Below are positions 28,142 to 38,064 of a DNA stretch of 64,000 bases, piece after piece; within the stretch, counting starts at the first letter, position 1, and each line of letters opens with the position of its first letter. The notes under the pieces are model-generated. The model saw nothing but the letters and a program-made list of their open reading frames with translations. It did not search any database and was not told the DNA's origin. This stretch comes from Candidatus Woesearchaeota archaeon (lineage in GTDB: Archaea; Nanobdellota; Nanobdellia; Pacearchaeales; GW2011-AR1), in contig CAZBDY010000003.1 in assembly GCA_964490795.1 (NCBI GenBank), positions 2,752-66,751 of the forward strand, in the 5' to 3' direction. A program made the translations under genes and the position numbers.

Positions 28142-28185
28142 CCTAACTTAGAAAGCTTTTTATTACTCCTTATTTTAAAATATCT

Positions 28186-29118
28186 ATGAAATGGAAAAAT
28201 ATAAGGAAATTTCTACCATTCATAGGTATCCTTATTTTCATTTATATAGCAATTAAATTAGATTTAATCAGCATAATAAAAGAAATTTCTCAAGTAAATC
28301 TTTTTTATATCTTGCTGGCTTTTTTAGCTTTAATAATCTTTCTTACATCTCAAACTTTAAAATGGTACTCTATAGCAAGATTTCAAAAAATCAAATTTCC
28401 TTTTCTCAAGGCTTGGAAAATAGATTTAATGAGCTCTTTTTACGGATTTATTACTCCTTCTAAAATAGGGAACATAATGAGGGCTGATTATATAAAAAAA
28501 TATTCAGGAAGTTTAGGAAAAGGGGCTGGCAATTTTGTTTTGGAAAAAACTCTTGATTTAGTTGCTTTATTTGTAATTGCTATATTTTTTGGTTTTGTAT
28601 TTAGAAAACAATTTTCTCTAATCTCTTTACAATATTACCTGATTTTCTTAACTCTGTTATTAATTGGATTTTTTATTTTTATTAATAAAACCAGAGCAAA
28701 AAAATTATTAAAAATATTTTACAAACTGCTTCCAAAATCACTACAAGAAAAAGCAAAAATAACTTTTAATAATTTTTATCAGGACATGCCTAAAAAAAGA
28801 TATCTTTTTTTAGCTTTATTAATTAATATATCTAGCTGGATTTTTATGTATTTTGTAACTTATTTAGTCGGTCTCTCTTTAGGAATCAATATCCCTTTTA
28901 TTTATTTTTTAGCTATCTTGCCTATCTCCACTCTTGTAGCTTTAATACCTATCACTGTTTCAGGTTTTGGAACAAGAGAAGCCACTTTAATAGGATTATT
29001 TAGCTTATTTAATGTTTCTGCAGTTAAGGTTTTTTCAATGTCTTTAATAAATGTTTTTATAACTGGATTTATTCCTGCTTTAATTGGTTTTATCTTAATT
29101 TTAAAATATAAAAAATGA
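28186..29118 (+). CDS. UPF0104 / lysyl-PG-synthase-TM-like flippase-type membrane protein
   Basis: 8-TM-type ORF with PITVSGFGTREATLIGLF. Confidence 0.7.
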   Translation: MKWKNIRKFLPFIGILIFIYIAIKLDLISIIKEISQVNLFYILLAFLALIIFLTSQTLKWYSIARFQKIKFPFLKAWKIDLMSSFYGFITPSKIGNIMRADYIKKYSGSLGKGAGNFVLEKTLDLVALFVIAIFFGFVFRKQFSLISLQYYLIFLTLLLIGFFIFINKTRAKKLLKIFYKLLPKSLQEKAKITFNNFYQDMPKKRYLFLALLINISSWIFMYFVTYLVGLSLGINIPFIYFLAILPISTLVALIPITVSGFGTREATLIGLFSLFNVSAVKVFSMSLINVFITGFIPALIGFILILKYKK

Positions 29119-30263
29119 CACAAAAACTAAAATATACAGTTTCACAAAAAGCAGATAAGAAAATTCAAGAAGATATTAAAATAATAAATAAAATTATTTT
29201 AAAACATTTTTCCCCTATATCAATAGTCATGTTTGGAGGATTTGGACATCAAGGTGGAAGTTTTAAAAAACAAAAAAACAAGATTATTCCCTTAAATGAT
29301 TATGACATGTATTTAATAACTAAAAAACTAATATCTGGAGAAAAATTAGAAAAAGTAGGAGAAATCTGTTCTAAAGCATTAGGAAAAGGAGGATTAGAAA
29401 TTGTGGAAAATTATAACAAAAAATGGGATGAAAATGAATTTTTTCATGTTGACTTGCACAATATTACTTTATCTAAATTAAAAAAAAGCTATCCAACTCA
29501 AAGAACCGCTGATTTAAAAACAAGCATTGTAGTTTACGGAAATAAAAATATTTTAAACGAAATTCCTCATATTAAAATCTCAAAATCAGATTCAATAAGA
29601 ATGTTATTTAATAAACTGGACCATTTTCAACTCGCAGAAAATAACTCTAAGATGTTAAAAAATATTTATGCTGTAAAAGGATTCACTGACTTAACTTCTT
29701 CTCTTCTTATATTTTATAATAACTACACATCAAAATATCAGGACAGATTAAAAAAATTTAAAAAAATGCCCTTTCCTAAAGAATTAAAAAAATTAGTTGA
29801 AAAAGCAACTAAAGCTAAACTTTATTATGGATATGAAATAAAAAATACAGAAGAATTTTTCAACCAGTCAAGAAAATGGGTTTTATGGACATTAAAAAAA
29901 ATTCTAAAACAACATCTTAATATAAAATCAGATAATTGGAAAACAATATGCAAAAAAACATATCAAAAACTTCCTTATGTTTATTTTAATGATTATCTTC
30001 ACTCTGACTTTTTATTTTTTGGGCAATATTACCTTAATATAAAATTCTTTTTTGAAGCAAAAAGAAAAAATGAATTTTTACCTCGTTCTTTAACAAGATG
30101 GAGAGATGCTGGATTAATCATAGCTATTTCCTTAATTTTATTTTCAGTTAATGAAAAAAAAGAAGCAGAAAAATATTTGAAAAAATTAACTAACAAAACC
30201 TCCCCATTAAGAGACAGAATTCTAAAATTATACTCAATTTATTATCTTCAAAAATTAGTTTAA
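29115..30263 (+). CDS. Hypothetical protein, possible pol-beta-superfamily nucleotidyltransferase
   Basis: MFGGFGHQGGS...NDYDMYL...HVDLH resembles the G[GS]-x(n)-DxD plus third-carboxylate pattern. Weak. ATGA overlap with the upstream gene. Confidence 0.4.
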   Translation: MTQKLKYTVSQKADKKIQEDIKIINKIILKHFSPISIVMFGGFGHQGGSFKKQKNKIIPLNDYDMYLITKKLISGEKLEKVGEICSKALGKGGLEIVENYNKKWDENEFFHVDLHNITLSKLKKSYPTQRTADLKTSIVVYGNKNILNEIPHIKISKSDSIRMLFNKLDHFQLAENNSKMLKNIYAVKGFTDLTSSLLIFYNNYTSKYQDRLKKFKKMPFPKELKKLVEKATKAKLYYGYEIKNTEEFFNQSRKWVLWTLKKILKQHLNIKSDNWKTICKKTYQKLPYVYFNDYLHSDFLFFGQYYLNIKFFFEAKRKNEFLPRSLTRWRDAGLIIAISLILFSVNEKKEAEKYLKKLTNKTSPLRDRILKLYSIYYLQKLV

Positions 30264-30307
30264 ATTTATAAATATATAAAACTTAAAAACAAAAGAGAGA
30301 TAAAAAA

Positions 30308-30829
30308 ATACCTCAAGCAGTAACTCATTTTTTAATACCAGCAATTTTAGTTTCTTTATTCAGGGATTTTTATCTTAGCAAGAAAAAAAGAAATTTTCCT
30401 CTTCATTATATTCTAATCGCAGGATTATCAGGATTATTGCTTGATATAGACTATTTTTTACAATATTTAACTCTCTCTCCCTCACATAGAATATTTTTTC
30501 ATAATTTATTTGTTCCTCTAACTTTTCTCATTTTAGGATTTGTTTTTATTAAATTTAAAAATAAAGAATTAGGAAAACATAAACTAAAATTATCAACTAT
30601 CTTATTTGTTATTTCTTTTGGAATTTTTACACATCTTTCCCTTGATTTTCTAATACAGGGAAATATATATTCTTTATCTCCTTTTATTACCACAGGATTT
30701 GGTTTAAATTTAATTAAAAAACTTCCTGAATTTTTACAAAATGATATTATTCCTATATTTGATGCTGTTCTTCTTGCTTTTTGGATGATTTGGATTGAAT
30801 TAAGACATAAACTCTCTGATTTTATATAA
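30308..30829 (+). CDS. DUF457/YdjM-like membrane-bound metal-dependent hydrolase; start codon unresolved
   Basis: The frame is open from 30287 and encodes (ATA)PQAVTHFLIPAILVSLF...LLDIDYF...FTHLSLDFL. No ATG/GTG/TTG occurs before the TTG at 30437, which would remove the conserved N-terminal His helix. Confidence 0.5.
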   Translation: MPQAVTHFLIPAILVSLFRDFYLSKKKRNFPLHYILIAGLSGLLLDIDYFLQYLTLSPSHRIFFHNLFVPLTFLILGFVFIKFKNKELGKHKLKLSTILFVISFGIFTHLSLDFLIQGNIYSLSPFITTGFGLNLIKKLPEFLQNDIIPIFDAVLLAFWMIWIELRHKLSDFI

Positions 30830-30844
30830 TCAAGATAAATTAAA

Positions 30845-30853
30845 TTTAAATAT
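30845..30853 (+). promoter_or_regulatory. TATA box TTTAAATAT
   Basis: 29 nt before ATG 30874. Confidence 0.5.
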
Positions 30854-30873
30854 CCTAATTTTGTCTCATTAAA

Positions 30874-31890
30874 ATGATACTAGTAACAGGAGCAACAGGT
30901 TTTATAGGAAGTCATTTAGTTGAACAACTTATAAAAGAAAACAAGAAAAAGTTAGGTAAAAAAGAAAAAATCAGATGTCTTGTTTTGAAAGAAGACCCCA
31001 TATTAAAACAAGTAAATAAAAAAAGAATAAACTTATTAAAAAAACTTAAAGTAGAAATTGTTTATGGAGATTTATTAAAACCAGAAACTTTGGATAATGC
31101 ATTAAAAAATGTTGATAAAGTTTTTCATTTAGCAGCAATCTCAAAACCAATGAATATCCCTACACAAAAATATTATGATATAAATGTCACCGGTGTAAAA
31201 AACTTATTACAAGCTGCTGAAAAAAATAAAGTAAAAAAAATAATTCATATCTCTACTATGTCTGTATTTGGATATTCAAGAGACAAAAAACCTTTAACTG
31301 AAAATTCTCCTAAACTTCCTGTTTCTGATTATGGAAAAAGCAAAAAACAAGGAGAACAACTTGTTTTAAATTTTTGTAAGAAAAACAAAATTAAGTTAAA
31401 TATTATTCGTCCCCCAATGGTTTTTGGAGAAAGAGATTTTCAGTTTCTTAAATTATTTAAAGGAATTAATACTGGTTTTTTCCCATTATTAAAAAATGGA
31501 AAGGCAAAATTTGAGTTTTGTTATGTTAAAAATCTTGTTTATGGCATTCTTCTTATAGACAAAAAAGCAAAAAATCTTGAAAATTATAATATAACCGGTG
31601 GAAAAAAATATACAATAAAAGAAGTATTTGAAAAAATAGCAGAATTAGAAGGGAAAAAACTAATTTACTTTCCTGCCTGGTTATTTAAACTAACTGGGTA
31701 TGTCTTAGAAATAATTTATCCAATATTTGGAAAACAACCTCCTTTTAATTCAGGAACATCTGACTGGATGACAAAAGATAATATTATAAATATCTCAAAA
31801 ATAAAAAAATTAGGATATAAACAAAAAATTCCTTTAGAAAAAAGCTTGAAAAACACAATTAAATATTATAAAAAAAACAACTTACTATGA
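30874..31890 (+). CDS. NAD-dependent sugar-nucleotide epimerase/dehydratase (extended SDR)
   Basis: ILVTGATGFIGSHLVEQL Rossmann motif; YGKSK catalytic YxxxK. Confidence 0.85.
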   Translation: MILVTGATGFIGSHLVEQLIKENKKKLGKKEKIRCLVLKEDPILKQVNKKRINLLKKLKVEIVYGDLLKPETLDNALKNVDKVFHLAAISKPMNIPTQKYYDINVTGVKNLLQAAEKNKVKKIIHISTMSVFGYSRDKKPLTENSPKLPVSDYGKSKKQGEQLVLNFCKKNKIKLNIIRPPMVFGERDFQFLKLFKGINTGFFPLLKNGKAKFEFCYVKNLVYGILLIDKKAKNLENYNITGGKKYTIKEVFEKIAELEGKKLIYFPAWLFKLTGYVLEIIYPIFGKQPPFNSGTSDWMTKDNIINISKIKKLGYKQKIPLEKSLKNTIKYYKKNNLL

Positions 31891-33098
31891 AAACACTAAT
31901 ATTATTTTTAGATGCATTTTCATTTACTGACTTAAATGAAAAAAATACCCCCTACATTTACTCTTTAGCAAAAAAAGGAAATTATGGTTCTTTAAAAACA
32001 ATTCCAGCTGGCTATCATATTGAGTACAGTATGTTATCTGGATGTCTTCCTTTAAAGCATAATGTGTGGGCATGGTATTATATGAAACCAGAAGGAAGTT
32101 TTTCTAAAATAAAATACATCTCTCCTTTAATTAAAATAATGGAAAAACTTAATTTAAAAAATCAGGCAAGAACTTTTGTTGATGTTTATATAAATTTAAT
32201 AAGATTATTTCAAGGAAAAACTCGTTTTTTAAAAACAAATAAGATTCCCTACTCTTTATTAAAAAAATTTGAAATCTCGGTAGATAAAATGCATTTTGAA
32301 CATAATCCTCTTCCAGTACCAACTTTATTTGATATATTTAGAAAAAACAATATTAAATATATTGCAAGGGAATTTCCTGTTTTTTCAGATAATCAAAAAA
32401 CAGGTTTTTATTTTACTAAAGGAGACAAAAAACAACTTAAACTTGCGATAAACTCATTAAAAAAATATGATGTCTCTTATCTTCATATATGGCAACTAGA
32501 TGCGCTTGAACATAAATACGGATTACATAGTAACCAAGCAAAAGAATATCTAAAAGAGATAGATACAGAATTAAAAAAACTAACCCAAAACAAAAAAATG
32601 AATATAATTATTTTTTCAGATCACGGAGGAGTTAATGTAACTAAAACCAAAAATCCTCTTCCTATAATAAAAAAATATGATTGCGATTATTTTATTGGTT
32701 CAACAACATTACAAATTTGGCTAAAAAACAAAGATAAATCAAAATTAGATGAACTAAAAAAAGAATTAAAACAAAAAGATTTTTTAGTTTATGATAAAAA
32801 TAATATAGAGAAACAACTTTTTATACCTTATAAAAGAGAATTTGTAGGAGATGTTCTTGCTTTTGTGAAACCAGGACATCAAATCTATCCTGATTTTTTC
32901 AGAGATACAGCAAGAGTCAAATCAATGCATGGATATAGTGAAAAAACACCAGAATTAAACGGGTTATTTATTATATCTGGTTTTAATTTAAAAAACAATA
33001 AGCTTAAAAATATGAAACTTTATGATATAGCACCCACAATTTTAAAGGCATTCAACATTCCTCTCCCTAAAATCTGGGATGGAAAATCTAAAATTTAA
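31887..33098 (+). CDS. Alkaline-phosphatase superfamily protein (type I phosphodiesterase/nucleotide pyrophosphatase-like)
   Basis: LILFLDAFS...IIIFSDHGG...MHGY metal-ligand pattern. Confidence 0.65.
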   Translation: MKTLILFLDAFSFTDLNEKNTPYIYSLAKKGNYGSLKTIPAGYHIEYSMLSGCLPLKHNVWAWYYMKPEGSFSKIKYISPLIKIMEKLNLKNQARTFVDVYINLIRLFQGKTRFLKTNKIPYSLLKKFEISVDKMHFEHNPLPVPTLFDIFRKNNIKYIAREFPVFSDNQKTGFYFTKGDKKQLKLAINSLKKYDVSYLHIWQLDALEHKYGLHSNQAKEYLKEIDTELKKLTQNKKMNIIIFSDHGGVNVTKTKNPLPIIKKYDCDYFIGSTTLQIWLKNKDKSKLDELKKELKQKDFLVYDKNNIEKQLFIPYKREFVGDVLAFVKPGHQIYPDFFRDTARVKSMHGYSEKTPELNGLFIISGFNLKNNKLKNMKLYDIAPTILKAFNIPLPKIWDGKSKI

Positions 33099-33115
33099 CA
33101 AATTACCAATAAAAA

Positions 33116-34543
33116 ATGAAAATAGCATTTTTAAATCCCCCATTTATAAGAACAGTAGATAGAAGGCAGAGATGTACTGGAAATGTTCCCCAGGGATGGG
33201 CTCACCCTCCTATTGGATTTGCTTATATTGCATCATATATCTATCAACAAAACAATATAAAAAGAAATCAAGTAAAAATCTTTGATTCATCTGGATTAAG
33301 CATTTCTGAAAAACAAACTTTTAATCAGTTAAAAAAGTTTTCTCCAGATATTATCCTTACAAATATAGGAATTTATACTTATAAATCTGATTTAAAATTT
33401 TTAAAAAAAATAAAATCAGAATTAACATCTAAAATAATTGTTTTTGGTGAGTTTATTACCTCATTTCCAAAAAAATTTTTACAAGAAAATAAATTTATTG
33501 ATATTATCATCTCTGGAGAACCAGAAATTCCTTTTTCAAAATATTTATCTTACTTAAATAAAAAAATAAAAATCCAAAAAGTCCCTTCCATATTTTACAG
33601 AAAATCAGGAAAAATAAAAGCAAATAAACAGGAAAAAATAAAAAAGCTAGATGACTTGCCTCTTCCAGACAGGACTTTAATTAATAATAAAATCTACAAA
33701 TGTATGCCTTTTTTTGCTTCTCCTTATACTGACTTAGTTACTTCTCGTGGATGTCCTTACAATTGTTTATTCTGCACATCAAAAGGATTTTGGGGAAATT
33801 ATCGTTCTCGTTCAGCTGAAAACATATTAAAAGAAGTTAAACAAGTTATAAAAAAATATAATATTAAAAACTTCTTTATGACAGATGAGATTTTTGGAAA
33901 AAATAAAGATGTTTATAAATTATTAAGAGGATTTAAAAAATTAGGGATAAAATTTGCTATGGAAACAAGAGTTGATACTGTTAATGAAAAATTATTAAAA
34001 GAAATGGGGAAAAGTGGTTGCATATACATTCATTATGGGGCTGAATCAGGAAGCCAAAAAATATTAAACTATTATAGAAAAGGAATTACAGTTAAGCAAA
34101 TTAAACAAGCAGTAAAATGGTCAAAAAAAGCAGGAATTGAAACATGTGCTACTTTTATTATCGGAAATCCAATTGAAACAAGACAAGATGTAGAAAAAAC
34201 AATAAATCTTGCTAAAAATTTAAAACTAGACTATGTTCATTTTGGACCTATGATTCCTTTTCCCTTAAGTGATTCATTTAAACAATATAAAAAACAAGGA
34301 ATATTAAAACATGAAAATTGGGAAAAATATACCAAACCTAATGTAGTATATCAAACCAAATACATTAAAGAAAAAGAAATTAAACAACTAATAAAAAAAG
34401 CATATAGAAAAACAAATTTTACTCCTGGATATGTTTTAAGAAGATTAAAAAACATCATAAAAACAGGAAATCCAAAAATGATTAAAGAACATTTAGTAGC
34501 AGCTACCTGGCTTTTAAAGACATTTGTTTCCAAAAAAAACTAA
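33116..34543 (+). CDS. B12-binding-domain radical SAM enzyme (intein-free paralog of 23734)
   Basis: SRGCPYNCLFCTS CxxxCxxC motif after a B12-binding-like N-domain. Confidence 0.85.
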   Translation: MKIAFLNPPFIRTVDRRQRCTGNVPQGWAHPPIGFAYIASYIYQQNNIKRNQVKIFDSSGLSISEKQTFNQLKKFSPDIILTNIGIYTYKSDLKFLKKIKSELTSKIIVFGEFITSFPKKFLQENKFIDIIISGEPEIPFSKYLSYLNKKIKIQKVPSIFYRKSGKIKANKQEKIKKLDDLPLPDRTLINNKIYKCMPFFASPYTDLVTSRGCPYNCLFCTSKGFWGNYRSRSAENILKEVKQVIKKYNIKNFFMTDEIFGKNKDVYKLLRGFKKLGIKFAMETRVDTVNEKLLKEMGKSGCIYIHYGAESGSQKILNYYRKGITVKQIKQAVKWSKKAGIETCATFIIGNPIETRQDVEKTINLAKNLKLDYVHFGPMIPFPLSDSFKQYKKQGILKHENWEKYTKPNVVYQTKYIKEKEIKQLIKKAYRKTNFTPGYVLRRLKNIIKTGNPKMIKEHLVAATWLLKTFVSKKN

Positions 34544-35619
34544 CCAAAACTTTTTCTTAAATAAGGCCCAATAATTCTTGTTACAAATAAAGGAACATAT
34601 TTTCTCCATATCTCTGATTTTTTACTATAACCTTCATCTCTTGGGTCTCTTATTTCTTTTTTATTAAAAAAATAATAATATTTTAAATTTTCTTCAAATC
34701 TATCTGTCCATTTTTTCTTAAATCTAAAATTACTTGAATCTTGTCTTGAAGTTCCTAAATCTAAACTCTCTAAATTATTTTTCTTGCAAAACTTAACACT
34801 TTCCCATAATAACAATGAAATAGGATTTAATGACTTATATTCTTGCAAATAAACACCATCACTCCACATTCCAAAATTATTGTAAATAATTATAGAAATA
34901 GAACCAATAACTTTTCCATCTAATTTAGCATTAAAAATATGAAAATTATCAGGAAACATCTTAATTAAATTCAATGAAAATTTTTTTGACTGAGGAGGAC
35001 TTCCCAACTCTTTCATTGTCTTTAAATGAACTTCATAAAACTCATTTATCCCTCTCTGACTTTCAACTTTTTCAATTTTAACATTTTCTTTAATTGCTTT
35101 TCTTATAATATTCCTTGTTTTTTTATTTAAATTTTTCCAAATTTCTTCTTCTGTACTTTTTAAATTTAATTGAAAAGAATAATCCTTTAAAGGACACTCA
35201 TATTTTTCTCCTTCTATAATTTCTTTATTTTTTAATAAAATTCCTTTTAACTGGACTGCTTTAACTTTTTCTTTTTTACTTATCTTAATTACTTCTAAAT
35301 TTATTTTTTTAAATATCTCTTTTTTTTTCTTATTGCCTACTTTTCCAAATATTGGTCCTCCAGCTTTATTATTAGAAATTGGAAGAGAAATTAACATATT
35401 GCCAAAAATAAAACTTTTAACTAGCATCAAGGGCAAAACAGCAAGAATTTTTTCTTTTAATATAAAAGCAAGATAATAGGGTTTATAATTAAATGTTTTT
35501 ATTAAAAAATCTCTCCAAGAAAATAATCTATAAAATCTCTCCTCATTTTCCAGGTTATTTTTAATAAAATTATCCCATTTCTCTTTATCTTCCTTATTAA
35601 TAATTTTTATTCCTGCCAT
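34540..35619 (-). CDS. FemAB-like / GNAT-fold acyl- or aminoacyl-transferase
   Basis: Two-lobed 359-aa protein; FNAKLDGKVIGSISIIIYNNFGMWSDGVYLQEYKSLNPISLLLWESVKFCKKNNLESLDLG resembles the FemAB/Acetyltransf_6 family. Confidence 0.5.
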   Translation of the reverse strand: MAGIKIINKEDKEKWDNFIKNNLENEERFYRLFSWRDFLIKTFNYKPYYLAFILKEKILAVLPLMLVKSFIFGNMLISLPISNNKAGGPIFGKVGNKKKKEIFKKINLEVIKISKKEKVKAVQLKGILLKNKEIIEGEKYECPLKDYSFQLNLKSTEEEIWKNLNKKTRNIIRKAIKENVKIEKVESQRGINEFYEVHLKTMKELGSPPQSKKFSLNLIKMFPDNFHIFNAKLDGKVIGSISIIIYNNFGMWSDGVYLQEYKSLNPISLLLWESVKFCKKNNLESLDLGTSRQDSSNFRFKKKWTDRFEENLKYYYFFNKKEIRDPRDEGYSKKSEIWRKYVPLFVTRIIGPYLRKSFG

Positions 35620-37139
35620 TTGAACTTATAAAGAACAGCTACAATATTCTTATCTTGAGGTGTCTGCCCATATGCCTGAACTGCCTCTAATTTTCCAGGA
35701 TTTTCCTCAAGCCAGCTGTTAATCCAAGAAGGATGATATTCAAAAGCAGAAACAAACATATAATCTGCCTCTTTTTCTATCATTATATTAAATTCTGACT
35801 TGTTTTCAGGAAATTGGACTGCCTCTCTCTCAGAATAATAAACAAGCTGAGGAACTGATGTTCCAAAAACAACAGCATCTTTTTCAGAATTTTCTCTAAT
35901 ATACTCTCCTGCTTGTTTTACCTGCCAGTAACTATCCACTTTCGAGATAATTAAAGCATCTGCTTTTTGTAAATTTGGAACAGCTATAAATCCTAAAACA
36001 ATCAAGACAAAAATCCATCCAAACATCTTGTTTTTACTCTCCTTGCTTATATTTATTCTTCCCCAATCAATAAAATTCCCAGATAAAAAAAACAAAATAG
36101 GATAGGTCATAGTAATATACCTTTCATCAAAAATTCTTGTAACAATATCAAAAAATATGAAATTAACAAACAATATGCAAAAAAACAGATAATAATTCTT
36201 CAGTTTTTCATTTTTGTTTTTCCAAATCAAATCCAGCCCAAAAAGAATATTAAACAACATTATTCCTATTCCTCCTAAAACAAATATCAGTAAAGGCAAT
36301 ATAACAGGATGAGTAATTCTTTTCATATAAATAAACAATCCAACAGGGTCTCTTTCTCCTCCTTCTGGAGTTATAGGACCAGAAACAGATAATTTTTCAA
36401 ATCTCCACTTTAAATTAGCAAGAGGGTCTCCAAACTCTACATAATTAAATGAAAAATAAGGTATAGAAAAAATTAATAACATAAGAACAGCCATCCAAAA
36501 TTTTTTCTGTTTAAAAAATTTTAATTTTTCTGTAGTTAAAAAATATAATCCAAATATAGGTAACAATAAAACATTCTGCTCTCTTGCCATATAAGCAAAA
36601 ATAAAGATAGGCCCCAGCCATTTAAACCATTTTTCATTTTCTTTTGATTTATAAAAAACAGCTAAAAACAACATAAAAAATAACAATCCTAACAAATCAG
36701 GTAAAAATCTCGGCAAATAAAACAAATCAACCCAAAATACAGCAAAAATAAAACTTGCAATTAACCCTACTTTTTTATTAAAAACCTTATTTCCTACATA
36801 ATAAATTAAAGGAATTACTGCAAGAGAAAATAAAACCCTTAAAAATCTGAAAAAAACCTCTCCCAACCCTATTTTTAATAAAGGAATCTGAATCAAAGTT
36901 TCTAGAATAGGCCTTCCTGCATGAAAACCAGTTGAAGGAGTATCAAAAGCAAAATGTTTTGCTTCTAAACCATAAGCTGCCTCATCCCACCATAATGGCT
37001 GGTCAAAATTATAAGCAAAATAATAAAACCTTATTATTACAGCTAAAATAAAAATAGCAATAAATATTTTATTATGATTATCTTTCCAAAATTTTGAGAT
37101 TTTATTATTAAACCTGCTTTTTCTTTGTTCTAATTCCAT
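35607..37139 (-). CDS. GT-C fold glycosyltransferase (ArnT/PMT-like)
   Basis: 510 aa, multi-TM, with a first-loop WWDEAAYG acidic motif and a C-terminal soluble domain. Confidence 0.7.
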   Translation of the reverse strand: MELEQRKSRFNNKISKFWKDNHNKIFIAIFILAVIIRFYYFAYNFDQPLWWDEAAYGLEAKHFAFDTPSTGFHAGRPILETLIQIPLLKIGLGEVFFRFLRVLFSLAVIPLIYYVGNKVFNKKVGLIASFIFAVFWVDLFYLPRFLPDLLGLLFFMLFLAVFYKSKENEKWFKWLGPIFIFAYMAREQNVLLLPIFGLYFLTTEKLKFFKQKKFWMAVLMLLIFSIPYFSFNYVEFGDPLANLKWRFEKLSVSGPITPEGGERDPVGLFIYMKRITHPVILPLLIFVLGGIGIMLFNILFGLDLIWKNKNEKLKNYYLFFCILFVNFIFFDIVTRIFDERYITMTYPILFFLSGNFIDWGRINISKESKNKMFGWIFVLIVLGFIAVPNLQKADALIISKVDSYWQVKQAGEYIRENSEKDAVVFGTSVPQLVYYSEREAVQFPENKSEFNIMIEKEADYMFVSAFEYHPSWINSWLEENPGKLEAVQAYGQTPQDKNIVAVLYKFKWQE

Positions 37140-37172
37140 ATTATTCTATATTTTTTTAGTTTTTATTTGTTT

Positions 37173-38042
37173 TTATTTTGTTGACTCTGGAACTTTCCAA
37201 ATTTTTTTTAAACTCTTATTTGTTTTAGCCATATACCATCCCTTAAGCCAGGCATAAGCATAAATTATTCCAGATAAAAAAAATAAAGGCCACTTTAAAA
37301 CAGGTATCTTAAACATCTCTTTTGGAAAAAAGAAAATTTCTCTTTCTATTCTTGGTTTAGGAACTTCAGGCAATAAATAATATCCTGCTCTTACTCTTGC
37401 TTTTTGATTTACAAAATCTCTTATTGTTAAAGGTGCTTTAACAAAAACTTTAGCCTTTTCTTCATATTTCATTTTAAACCCTCTTTCTTTAATTATTTTT
37501 GACATCCAGGCATCTACAGCTCCTTTTGCAAACGGAACTTTTGGAAGAGCTTTTTTTCTAAAAGCCAACAAATATCCTGACAAATGAACAAAGTTTTCTT
37601 TCTTGTTTTGTTTTTTTCTTAATTCTCCTATTTTTCTATAACTCATTTTTATCCAATAATAAAAAATATTATTTTTTGGTATAATAGGAATAGGATTTCC
37701 AGAAACTCCCCCTATCCCTGGATTAGAAAAATGTTTTACTATTTTTTCGATAGAATTTTCTCCAATAATAACATCTCCATCTGTCTGAACTATAATATCT
37801 GATTTAGAATTTTTAATAATCAAATTAAGAGCAGAAGACTTCCCTTTTCTTTCTTTTTCAATAATTAATTTAATCCTTTTGTCTTTTTTTTGTATTTTTT
37901 TTATCTCTGGAATTGTATTATCAGTACATCCAGAAGCAACAACTATAATTTCATCATTTTTATCTAACTGATTTAAAGCTGATAAAACACATTTTCCAAT
38001 TGTTTTTTCTTCATTATATGTGGGAATTCCTACTGTTATCAT
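37173..38042 (-). CDS. GT2 family glycosyltransferase
   Basis: ITVGIPTYNEEKTI...QTDGDVII. Confidence 0.8.
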   Translation of the reverse strand: MITVGIPTYNEEKTIGKCVLSALNQLDKNDEIIVVASGCTDNTIPEIKKIQKKDKRIKLIIEKERKGKSSALNLIIKNSKSDIIVQTDGDVIIGENSIEKIVKHFSNPGIGGVSGNPIPIIPKNNIFYYWIKMSYRKIGELRKKQNKKENFVHLSGYLLAFRKKALPKVPFAKGAVDAWMSKIIKERGFKMKYEEKAKVFVKAPLTIRDFVNQKARVRAGYYLLPEVPKPRIEREIFFFPKEMFKIPVLKWPLFFLSGIIYAYAWLKGWYMAKTNKSLKKIWKVPESTK

Positions 38043-38064
38043 ATCAACTTCTCAAAAATAAAAT

